Of a DNA stretch of 64,000 bases, positions 47,700 through 59,378 are shown piece after piece; position 1 is the first letter of the stretch; each line of letters begins with the position of its first letter. The notes under the pieces are model-generated. The model ran no database searches. It was not told the origin of the DNA and saw only the letters and a program-made list of their open reading frames with translations. Both the position numbers and the translations under genes were made by a program. Location: positions 372,545 through 436,544 of the forward strand of contig VJWM01000187.1 in NCBI GenBank assembly GCA_010909165.1. The letters are read 5' to 3'. This DNA comes from Anthoceros angustus (lineage: Eukaryota > Plantae > Anthocerotophyta).

Positions 47700-50600
47700 A
47701 GAGCATCCGGAGGAAGGTCATCTCCATATATTTCACCAAGAGAGTTGCGACACGGAGGAATCAATCATGAAGAAGTCCGAGAGAACGACGCTGAGGGAGG
47801 AAGAGGATTTTGTGCCTTCACCGACGCACTTGAAGAAGAAGATTTTGCACTTCACGTGAAGGTGAAGAGTTGGAAGAACCAAGAAGGGACAAACATGATC
47901 CGTGAAGTACGGAGTGCGACACATTGAGAGAGACAACGGAAGTCCTCAAGACAAGAATCGCATCTCCGTGAGGCATATACAGTAGGTGTACCAACGGAAG
48001 GTCGGCGCACTGCTCGCCAGAGATGACACCTGTGGGTGGTGTCCAGGTCACCATGTTGGGAGCAGCGCAAGCAACACACAACAGGCCCAACATGAGTGGA
48101 GTTGGCAGGAGGCACCACGAGGAGGAGGTGGCTCATTGCACCACATAGTCGCAGATGTGAAGTTTGGAGACAAGAAGAAGGGAGACGATGCGAGGCTTTT
48201 ATTCGCACGCTTGAGCATGTCTCTCATGCTAATTTAGAGGATTCGGGACCGCTTGCGAATTTTTCCGGTTTGTTAAGAGGACACGCACAACGGGTACAAG
48301 AGGGACGTATGGGACCACCACCGATGATTGGGAAGACTTCAAATCGTAGTTCCTAACAAGGTTTAGAGGGTTGAGTCACGGACATCATACATTGGCGAGA
48401 TTGAGGACTCTCCGCAGGAGAAAGAAGGAAACGCCAGATGATTACGTGGAGAGGTTCTACATCTTGGATCTGCCCAAGGTGTAGACCAGCTTGTGAGGTC
48501 CTACCACGAGGCTCTATGAGCAGCGTTAGATTGGTTTGTAAGTGGGTTGCCCACTAAGATGGATGTTTACGTCGGAGAGGAACGACTACGCCGCAAGGAG
48601 CATTGAAGTTGGCTGAAGATTACGAGGCATGGAGCTTGGTCGTCAAGGAAGAAGTGAGGGAGCATGGGAAGCAGGCAGATCCTCCGCCTCCCTCGCCCTC
48701 TCATTCTTCGCCTCTTCACACGACACTAACAAGGAAGTGCGCATCGAGTCACCCACGGATGAGGAGTCGACAGAGCCTACGAAAGGAGAATGAAGAAGGA
48801 TTTGGAGAAGATTAAGCGAAGACAAGAAGAGGCCGAGCGCCAAGAGAAAGACAAGAAGGGTAAAGGAGCTAAGAGAGGAGCAACGCCATGTGGTGGAGGT
48901 CTAAACAACCAAATTGAGGCTTTGACAAGGAGATTGATGAATTGGAGGTCAAAGCGTAATCAGCGCCTAGGAGATCTCCTTCACATAGTGTATTGTTCGA
49001 TCCGTCACCAATCGTGCCATACGAATCGAGAGTGTCAAAGCGCCAAGACATGCAACAACTGTAGAAGCCTACACGTGACTACCGGTATGTTGATGAAGCT
49101 TACCAAGTACAAGCGTGTGGAGGACGACCACCGCCAATGAGGCCAACTTACCAACCGACGCCTTCAGTGGATGCGCTATAGTTCACGACCGCCACCAGAC
49201 CGTGGAGGCCGGATCCTTCACAACGCCCAATGTCTGCCTCGTGGATGTTGTTTTAACTGGAATGCCAGTCACTATGCTGCATCGCCCGAACCTCGACGGT
49301 AGGCTATGTGCCCTTCTCGCTGTGTATGCAAAGAATTGGGGCACAAAGTGGGAGATCCAAGGTGCCGAGTGTTACGCATCGTGCCTATACGGCCGTGAGT
49401 CGAATCACCAACCAAGAACGGAGACAATCCCCATCAACACGAGACCATCGCAGCTAACACGCCTGTTGACGGTGGAGGCTAAGAAGAAGAAGAACCACAA
49501 GAGGCTTTGCAGGTCTACTCAGGGATTGTGGAAGAAGGATATGCAGGAGAAGTAAGTGATGGAGAAGATCCCTTGGTGGCTAGGGTCACCACACGATCCG
49601 AAAGGCGAGAGAAGGAACGAAGGGTAGACCGACCAAGGAGAAGATGCATAAGAAGAAGAGGAAGGTGCGCGAGGATTCACCTTGGCCACCGAGACGAGAC
49701 AAGGGACACCTATCCGGTGTTGGAGGAGGATGACGAGAAGGAGAGTCCAGAGGTTACGAGGCGAGAGGAGATCAACCACTCATGAGGGAGGTGGAGACCC
49801 ACGCTTCCACACATCGCAAGGAAGTCGTGATGTTGGAAGATGAATCGAGGAGGCCGACTCACGATCGAAAAGGGTCTCTTTTGCTGAATCTGCAGTGAGT
49901 GACCCGTGGAAGACAAGAAGCGCAAGGAGAGGCGCCAAGTGAGGAACAACCAAGAGAGGGGTTGCGCCACTAGTAGAGACCGCAAGAGGGGTTCTAGCAT
50001 CAAAGATTTCTAGCTTTGCGATGCGCTACTTGATCAAGAGTTTGTAGTGAGCTTGAGACCTCTTGGCGGAGTCCAAGATCGAGGAAGATCGTGAAGGAGG
50101 CGGGGATACCAGAGCCACTAGAGGTAAGGAGCATGCAAGTGGAAGTTAACGCTGGAGCTGGTTGATTGTGGAGCCCCGATTGAGATTGAGATAGCAGGTG
50201 GTGTTTAGTGCCGATGTCCCTTTGGACACGGATCCGGAGTGAATTTGATGACCAAGAGACAAGACATCGACTTGGGTTTACAATTCCATTCGTGTCTTCA
50301 CGAATGGCGGACTGCACCAAGAGAAAGCCTTTGCAGAACATCCCCACGGTGATTGGAGGTATCACCTTCAACTGACCTACATTGTGATGAGACCCACGGA
50401 CTTGGGGTACAAGGTACTTCTTGGGAGGCCGTGGTGTATGGGACTTGCATCTTTGATTTTGGGAGGCGTGGAGTTACTTGTGTCGAAAGGTGACAGTCCC
50501 AAAGACACAGATCGTGGAGCGATCACTCACGAAGGGGAGACCGAGTCTCACGGCTGTGATACACTGTGGAAGTTCGTCCGGAGTAATTTGGCTTACCAAG

Positions 50601-52440
50601 GACCAGCCAAAGCAATGATATGGTGTATGGGGGACAGGGATCCCATGTTTTCACCCGAATCGGAGGAAGAAGATTTGGAGGATGAGGAGCACCGAGAGGG
50701 TGCCTTTGAAGGGTCACGCCCACGATCACGACTTTCCAGGAAGGATCAGCACGAGTGTGGGCGTGAGCCAAGGGAGTTTATGTAGACCGACGCGGAGGAC
50801 ATGGAGTTGAAGCCGCAAAAGTGTGAAAGTTTCCAAGTATCTCACCGACGAGCAAGAGGAGTTGAAGGCCTTACTAAGGAAGTACATAGATGTATTTGCC
50901 TTTAATCGATATGACTGGGATTCCTCAAGAGCTAGGAATCCATCGCATTGACCTCAAGGAGGGAAGCACTCGAGTGAAGCAAGACTGCCTCAATCCCAAG
51001 TACTCCATGGTTGTGAAGGACCAATTGGACCAAGATTTAGAGGCGGGTGATTTATCCGGTTCTCACCAAATAGGCGCCCATCGTGGTGGTTCCCAAGAAG
51101 CAACAAGGCAAGGTTCGTGTTGTCAAGATTTCGTGGAGGCTCAACGGGAACGAAGAAGGACCACCATCCACTACCCTTCATGGATAGCGCTTTTGGACAC
51201 GGTGGCGGGTCATGAAATGTACAGCTTCCTAGATGGCTATTCGTTACAATCAAATCACGCCACGCAAGGAGGATCAAGACAAGACCACTTTCACCACGGA
51301 TTGGGGACGCTTGCTCACGCCAAGCTTCCATTCGACTGCAATGCCCCCAACTTTCCAACGAGTGGTAAAGATCTTTAGAGATTTTCTTCGCAAGTTCATG
51401 GAAGTGTTTCTTGACGATTTTGTGTCTTTGGGAGGCAACACTCACATTGGGAACATCCCGGTGTTTTCAACGCTTGAGACCAACCTAAAACTTCACCCAA
51501 GTGTTTTTTCGGATGACGGAGGGATTCTCCTCACCATCGAGTTTCAAAGACGAGGACTCCAAGTGGACATGGAGAAAGTCAAGGTGATCGCAGAGATGGA
51601 TGCACCCTACAGCAGTCGAGCTTAGGGTTAGTCGGCTATTACAGGAGATTCACAAAGATTTTGCAAAGAAGGCAGCCCCTAACCCACTCACAAAGAAGGA
51701 CGAGCATTTGAGTGGACAATGGAAAGAGAAGAAGCCAACAACTAAAGAGGAGTTTGGTGGAGGCACCCACCTTGAGACCACCAAATTGGGAACCATTTCA
51801 CGGTACGTGGATGTTCTGATGCGCTTGGGGCTATTCTCGAGCCGGGACTAAGAGAAGAGGGATCATCCTATCTTCTACGCGGATTGATGACGCGAGAGAA
51901 ATTACTCACGATCGAGAGGAGGCGTTGGGAATCATCTACGCATGCAAGAAGTTTCGCCACTACCTCTTGGCCTCGCAAGGTAACCTTCCACGTTGATCAT
52001 TTTGTCAAGTACCTAGTGAACAAGCCGGATTTGTCGGGAAGAATTGCTCGATGGATTCTTTTGCCGCAAGAGTTTGATTTTGATGTTGAGACGCGAGCGG
52101 TAAGAGACACATCAACGGGATTTCATCTCGAGGTTGAGAACAATCGAAAGGTCCGGAGACGACGATAGGTTTCGACGAGGAGTTGGTCATGACCACCTGT
52201 AGGATGAAGAGGAAGTTACAACAAGGGCGATAGTATGTAAGAGCAGCGGGCCGAGGGTAGGGCAGTGTGGTCCAACACCGGATCCTAATCGCAGAGGAGT
52301 TCGATCGACTTCGGACAATGAGAGACGCCTAACGACAGATAGCAGCAGATGCGAGAATCGTGAGGACGTGCCATGAGTCCTCAACCAAGATCGCAAGGAG
52401 CCGTTTCACAAGGCGCAACGCCGCGCCTTTCGGCGGACAG
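47700..52440 (+). pseudogene. Gypsy-2 gag-protease-RT-RNase H (non-chromovirus, Athila/Tat-like); integrase not present
   Basis: DWEDFKS.FLTRF; CNNCRSLH; YKVLLGRPW; GHEMYSFLDGYS; YNQITPRKEDQDKTTFTTDWG; FMEVFLDDF; ACKKFRHYLL; YLVNKPDLSGRIARWILL.QEFD. Confidence 0.88.
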
Positions 52441-52449
52441 ATACACAAA

Positions 52450-52668
52450 TGATGAGAATCACATGCTTTAGCAATATGTGTTGCATTACATTCATATAGA
52501 AAGTACATGCCTTTATGTAGGCAAGGTAGTTGTAACCAATAAGTGGTTGTAATAACTAACCAATTAAATAACTACTAAAAGAAACTACCTAGAGCCCTAA
52601 GGACTAAATTAATTATTAAGTCCTAGGTGCCCTAGTGAAGAGTGCCCTAATAGTAAGCTATTTTATCA
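52450..52668 (-). repeat. Copia 3' LTR (219 bp)
   Basis: Preceded by the PPT on the minus strand; copy of 58139-58359. Confidence 0.92.
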
Positions 52669-54253
52669 CTCCCACTCACTATGAACTAGGGGTGATTTTC
52701 CCAAAAAGAGGTCTAGGAAAAACTAGTCTAGTAAAAACTAGTCCCTAACTAAACTTTACTTAAAGGCATAAAACTTAAAAAAACTGAAAGTAATAATCAC
52801 TATTAAATAACTCCCACTTAAGGAGAACGAGATGAGAAACTAATAACCCAACTTCAGAAAATAGGTGGAATTAAAACTAATTAAAAGTATTTAAGGGATT
52901 TATATATAGGAAAATCCAGAAAATACCTAATTTCCGAAAAGGAAAATCAAAAGGATAATGGGTAATACCCTTCTTCCTCAAACTTCACGAAACGCGATCC
53001 GACAACTTGGTTGGTACATGTGCGGATGGCGGAGGAGTGGCTACCGCAGCGCCCAATCCCCACGGAGGAGGCGCCACGGCGCCATCGCCTGTGTCCGAGC
53101 CCCGCGGCCCTCTCGCCGCGCCGCCAGTAGGCGGGCGCCTTCCAATGTCCGGCGTCCTTGCGCAAGGACGCCACGGGGCGCTCAGGCGCCAAACAAGAAG
53201 GAGAGGCCCCTACCGCTGATGCATCGTGTCCTGGTGATGAAGAGTCTCCGCCCATGACCTCGCCTTTCGAAAGAAATCTCGCATTTGTCATTGATCGACC
53301 TCATCCTCGGAGGATGGCTGAACCAGGAGATGCCTAAGGATCCCACAGGGACGCTCCAGAAGAGGAAAGCAAGTCCGTATGTAAGATTGCGTCTTCATTT
53401 TACCATGTCTTCATTTCCGCCATGTCTTCATTTGTGAAGCAATTCGGATGTGCTCACCAAAGGGAAGCGACCTAGGTGATGAGGACGTGCCTTCTCAATG
53501 AATGATGCTCGCCGAAAATGCCCACCGCCAAAAGTGTTTGTAGGAAAGATTGCTTGCCCATCTTATGCTTCTAAGAAGAAGCTATGACACAAGTGGATTA
53601 CAAGGATGCTAACTTGATGGATAAAGATGACACGATACATGGGTGGAGCGGCATGGGGAGGATATGACAAGGAAGGGCTGAAAAGAAAGGTGCAATATAT
53701 TAAATAAGGGTTATCCGATTTAAGCATCCTAATTTCTATATGAGTTTTAGGATCTAATAACCTAGCATAAATTTTCTGCTTGATGCGTAAACACATTTTG
53801 TTTCCTAAGTGTATTAAAGACAAAAACATGGGCTATTATAAGCAATTCTACCAAAAGGTGACCAGGAAAATAAAGTATACATACTCACCTTAGGTTTAAG
53901 TGAAAAGGAGATGTCGGACTCCTATATATGTGAGGAAACTACCATCCACATGATAAAATAGCAAGTCTCCCATGTGAGGAATTCAGGACATATCAAACAT
54001 ATTTTCAGAGGTTTTTGGTGCTAAGGGAATTTATTGTTTTAATCACATAAATACTGCTTAAATATTATTTTTATTTTTAATATAAATATTCCAGGTTCTA
54101 TGTTGGCTGCCTATGAAGAGGAAGGGGGGATGACCTAAGCTATTTTGAGATAGAAGAAGAAAAATGTTCAGAAAAATAGTAAGACAATAATTTTTGGGCT
54201 AAGATTTTAAGGTTATCTTAAATCGGCCCTAAGCTAGGGGTGAGTATTAGGTT

Positions 54254-57200
54254 AAAGGTTTGGACAGTGTCCATTATACCCAAACATTTCATGTGTTTCC
54301 TATGTAACTCAATTCCCAATGACTTTGTTAATAAATCAAGACATTGTCTAAAGTTTGAACATAACTAATATTTATGGTTTGATCTTCTAACTTTTCCCTA
54401 GTGTAGTATACTCAACATATATTAGTTCTAGAATGAAAACAGGATTTCGTGCAAGTGCAATGGCACCGGCTATCACTAAACAAAGATGTAGGCTTAAGTT
54501 GAGGATGGTGAAGTTCACTCAAAACTAACGGACCACACTATGTCTTTAGAACCGAGGTTAGTACCACTATTCGATTGACAAAGCTATAGTAGGTTGTTTC
54601 TTACTTGAGGATATTGGTGCTCCCAAGAGTAATACACCGACATGATTGTGTCGGGGTCACAGATAGTCGGCATCAAGAGATATGCCGTTAGAGTTAATGT
54701 GTTGATAGCGTATGCTTGAACATCGTGTACATAGTGCCTTTAAGGTATCTGAATATACGCTTACATCCAAAGGCTCACGGGTTCTCCAAGAATTGTGAGC
54801 GAACCGACTTCAAAAGATATATCGGTCTCGTAAAATTGCATAAATATATTAGAGTGCCAACAGATGTCGATGGAACGACATTTCTAGCTTTTCACTGTTT
54901 GGGACTCATATCTCGAGGTGTCAACACCACTTGCAAAAGGTGTGGGTGCGCTGCATCCTCAAGTCCAAATTTAGCTAAACTCTCCTTAATATACTTGGTT
55001 TGAACTATACTTAGAGTCTTATTACCTCTATTTCAGAGAACACCAAGTGCATATGTCATTTCTCCTAGATCGGACATCTCAAATAGAGTCCTAAGCCATG
55101 CTTTAGTTTCGCTAGGAGTGAGGGAGTTTGTTGCCATAAAACATCATCAACATAAAGTAGAAGATAAAATATATCATTGCGATATTAGGATGTACATACA
55201 TCAGGCTTTAAATCCTCTCCCAATAAGTTGTAAGGGGGTTGAATTTGTAGACCTTGATACCTTGATGAGCCAATAAATCTTGTACTTGAATGCTTTGATA
55301 TTTCTAACATACAATGCTGAATAACATATCATGTGGATCAAAATCAGAAGGTGGTCATAGAAGGCTTCTTGCCAATGAATTTTCATATGGAGTCATACCT
55401 TGAACTGATGTAGGCAATCGATTCATGAGATAGGTTGTCTTAGGAGGGCCTCAATAAGCCTTAGATAACTTAGCTTGTACCAATAAGCAACCTGTGATCT
55501 CTTGAGGCGTAGATTCTTGTTCTCGCCACGCCATTTTGTTGAGGAGTGTAGACAATCAGAAGTTGTTGAGCTATACCGACAAAATCCTCAAATTCGAGAT
55601 GTAAACTCTCCACCATTGTCGGAACGTAAGGTCTTGAGTTTGTGATCAGAAGTCTCACCCATTTCATGTAGTCCTTGAAGAAGTGAAAGGCATCACTCTT
55701 GTTTTTGATGTAGGAAAAGACAAACGAGAGAAATCATCCGTGAAGGTCAAAAATATCTACTACCACTAAAGGAGGGTGTAGACAAGGGTCCACAAATGTC
55801 TGTGCACTATCTCTAAAGGTGACTTGGCCCTTTGTGGAGATTTATTTTGAAAGGCTCTTGATGTCGCTTTAGTGAGGACACAAGATTCGCACCAAGGTAG
55901 GTGTTCAACCTTTGCAAGGCAAGGGGTTCTATATAAAGCTCCCTTAGACATTTGGATTAATTTTTGACTATTAGGATGACCAAGGCGACAATGCCAAAGC
56001 ATGGTTTGGGTAGGTGTGGGTTTGGAATGGCAACATTAGCGTAATGGGTGGCTCCCACTTGTACCGACAATCTATAGAGACCATCATCTAAAGTGTCGTG
56101 CAGATTGTATAGTTTCTATCACTTATGAAAGAGAGAAGACAACTATCAGATAAAGGATCACCGCAGAGTGTGTTCTTGACAAAGACTTGCATGATCTAGA
56201 TTCTTGCACATTGAAGGAACATGGAGGACTTGATGAAGATGAAGAACGACCGAATCACACTTGAATACAATCAACCGACACCCGCTATGGGTAGGTTGTG
56301 ATCATCTCCGTGAGGATGATCGATGTCCTGGTCGTGAGTAAGACTCAAAAGAGTTTCGTAACAAATATGTGAAGTAGCTCCAAGTCTAAGTACCATGAGG
56401 TATTGGAGGGCTTGGAAGAAGCCAAGCACAGTGAGTAATCGCTGGAGTTGAGGAAGATTGTTTCTTCACGCAATGTTAGCTCGTGGGGCCTCCTTCGAGG
56501 TTCCCATTCTTCTTCTTACGACAATCCTTTTCCATGTGATTTGGGATGCACCAATTACATATAATCCCGCCTTCTTGTTACCTCTGGTGTTGAAGAAGAT
56601 GCCTCCATCATGGTATGTGCAGGATATGGGGTCGGAAAGTAGAACCTCGGCCTCGCCCCTCCTCTTCCCTTTGTGAATACATCACCGCTTGTTGGCTGGA
56701 GTGATGATGACGTCGCTTGCCTCCTCCCGTAGCAATGCTCCAATAAGTTCGGAAACACGATGTCTCGCTCTTCATTTGGATCTTCATCTGCAGCTTTTCC
56801 GACACTAATCACCGCATTTTGAGTTGTAATGAAAGCCCTATAAGAAGGTGGCAATGAAGATAAGAGAATGACGTAAGCCTCCATCTCGAGATAGGTACGC
56901 CATTGAAGATTCCAAATGGGATCGTGCAATCGAAATGCATTAACATGATGTTCGATGGTACTCCTTCATTGAGAGGTTATGGTTACGAAGTCAACAATAC
57001 TCATTACATCTCGAGATGAATATAATTGAGCAAGGTGAGTCCACATATCCTTGAGGTCTTTGCAGCGACATGTCTCACCATATGTTGAGAAAGTCCACGA
57101 CCAATAAATCTTGTGCCTTCTCGCCTCGGCCCCTGTGAAGGTTGAAGTTCACGTTCAAATCCGTGGCCTTGGAATTGATCCATCGACGATGCCCCAAAGG

Positions 57201-57287
57201 TCTCTTTGCCGCAAAGCTCCTCGCATTCTCAATGACCGATGTCATAATCCCTTCCATTGAATCTATCTTTCTTGAAATCGCCACCAT
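54254..57287 (-). pseudogene. Copia gag-pol (frameshifted)
   Basis: ILLSSLPPSYRAFIT (gag); LWHCRLGH; CESCVLTK; YTPQQNGVA (integrase); LLYVDDV (RT, ~55140); AIALARNPVFHSRT and DLLTKSL (RNase H). Confidence 0.92.
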
Positions 57288-58127
57288 AATGATAATGCAA
57301 TGAAGTGTTAGCATTATCATTACCCAATGGGGAATTAGGAAGTTTGTTCTTCATTATTGATCACTCCATTGTAGGTGATTTAGAGGACTAGGCCTCGCGA
57401 TGACCTCTCATCTTCTATTGCACGCACGAAACTCTTCTCTGCATCATAATCCGATTCGATGATGATAGCATGCTCTCAAATCGCGCATTATCAACCTTAG
57501 AGAGAATAGACAATTTTTGTCCTTAATTCAGATAATTCTCCTTAAGATCAAAGGATTGGATTCTAAGAGTTGCTAATTGACTATCAATTTCTTGAAATCT
57601 AAGAGTTTCTATGCTATTTTGTCTGACTAGAAGATAAAGGAGTACTAATACCAAAGATTCAAATTTGGGATATGTTGGAGAGCTAATTCTAATGCCTTGA
57701 CGTGAATTGGACTAAAACTTCTAGCAAATCACGCCTAGCTAGCTTGATAAACTTCCCTTGATCGGTTTAGAAATTAAAATAGATGCAATGAAGTTTGCTA
57801 TACAAGAGGAGGTTTCTACTATCTCTCCTCTATAGCTTGTTGTCTTCTATTGCTTCTATGTGTTGGGCTCCTAATTTGTTCTTGTTGTCAGGGACTACTT
57901 CTCTTAACTCTATGCCTTCTCCTTCTAAGGGAACACAAATCCATGGAGGAAGAACAAAGAATTAGTGCATAAAAGCATTGTTAGAAGAGAAAAGCATAAA
58001 AGAATGCATGCAAAGATAGCAATTCTAGGATAAACACAATCCATCTAGGCAAATGCTAGATTAGAAAGTGTCTCCTAGATAAGCTACTTAGATGCATGAG
58101 GATGCACAGCAAACAAAGAGCAAGTGT

Positions 58128-58138
58128 GCTCGATACCA
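58128..58138 (-). promoter_or_regulatory. tRNA-iMet primer binding site
   Basis: TGGTATCGAGC directly after the 5' LTR; one base short of the canonical TGGTATCAGAGC. Confidence 0.85.
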
Positions 58139-58359
58139 TGATGAGAATCATACACAAGCTCTAGCAATATGTGTTGCATTACATTCATAATAGAAAGTAC
58201 ATGCCTTTATGTAGGCAAGGTAGTTGTAACCAATAAGTGGTTGTAACAACTAACCAATTAAATAACTAAAAGAAACTACCTAGAGCCCTAAGGACTAAAT
58301 TAATTATTAAGTCCTAGGTGCCCTAGTGAAGAGTGCCCTAATAGTAAGCTATTTTATCA
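58139..58359 (-). repeat. Copia 5' LTR (221 bp)
   Basis: Followed by the PBS on the minus strand. Confidence 0.92.
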
Positions 58360-58724
58360 TGAGTGCCTCGAAAACAAAAATTGACATCCAAGCCACACCA
58401 CCGCCGAGTTATATACATGGTCCAGAAGATCTCGAGGGAATCGCAGCTCACCAAGAGCATTGCCGATTTACGTAATGTGGCGTGAGTACAAGAGCACTTA
58501 CCGACGGCGATGCATCCAAGTGTACCGGATGGTTTTGCAAAGTGAATTTTTGTTGAATAGCTCGTGAATTGAGCCTTGAGATTATGCCGTGAACTTGCTT
58601 CAATCAAATAGCTCTTTGTCATATGAAGCAAGATGGTCAAGTGACTTCTCACCACGTAAAATTAAATGTATCATAGATCGGCATTATGACTGCTTGTTAT
58701 GCTCAAGCAATCAAATGTTTGTCG
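58360..58724 (+). pseudogene. Inverted TFIIB-unit fragment e (second cyclin fold plus downstream spacer)
   Basis: Plus strand ECLENK..VIYMVQKISRE..KSIAD..NVA..KSTYR; reverse complement of 23790-24190. Confidence 0.8.
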
Positions 58725-59374
58725 GGTGATCCCTCATTTATACTCAAGTTTTGCCCTTGGGAATCTTACGGGAATTTTGCATCCCGAAAACCCCCATACT
58801 ATGGGCCAAGGAACACCATCCTTGATTATCTAAGCCTTCACTCCTTCGAGTTGATTGATGACTGGGATTCTTCTTCTTCTAAGCCGGACGCCGAGTCCGG
58901 AGCTTCGGCGCCTTGGGACGCCGGGAGTCTCCATTACGCACTAAGACCCAAGGCCAAGATGCACGGAGTGCCGGTCACCACGATCGAGCCTACAAGCGAG
59001 CTTCTGCCCACTGCTTAGGGTTATTGGGCCTACCACTCCCAAAGGTGCCTCCTAGACTTCTCACGGTGAGGCATGATGGCATGGCAATCCCTAACTCAGA
59101 ATCGTGAAGCTTGAGAAACCGCTTAATTTTTGAAAGTGCTGAGAAAGGGCCTATGTAAATTAGCCTAATGGTACTAAATATCGGCATTATCGAACAAGCT
59201 ATGTTGGAGCTTGAAATGACAACTTGCATGCAGAGAAGGAAAAGTCAACCAAGAACAACCTTTAGACTAAACCACATCCTTGTAGAGGTGAAAACCAAGC
59301 GGGGATGAAAACAATCACTACTATTCAAGTTTTGAAAAGGGTGGAGACCCATTAAAAGCGCGGAGTAGAGGACT
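58725..59374 (-). repeat. TFIIB tandem unit spacer f, left part
   Basis: Matches 44260-45009, ending at tagaggact. Confidence 0.85.
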
Positions 59375-59378
59375 GGCG

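Larger units (their letters stand above)
52450..58359 (-). mobile_element. Ty1/Copia LTR retrotransposon (~5.9 kb, structurally complete)
   Basis: Near-identical LTRs at 52450-52668 and 58139-58359 (TGATAAAA...CTCATCA). PBS TGGTATC(A)GAGC at 58128-58138; PPT AGTGAGTGGGGAG at 52669-52681; gag-IN-RT-RH order. No matching TSD. Confidence 0.93.
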
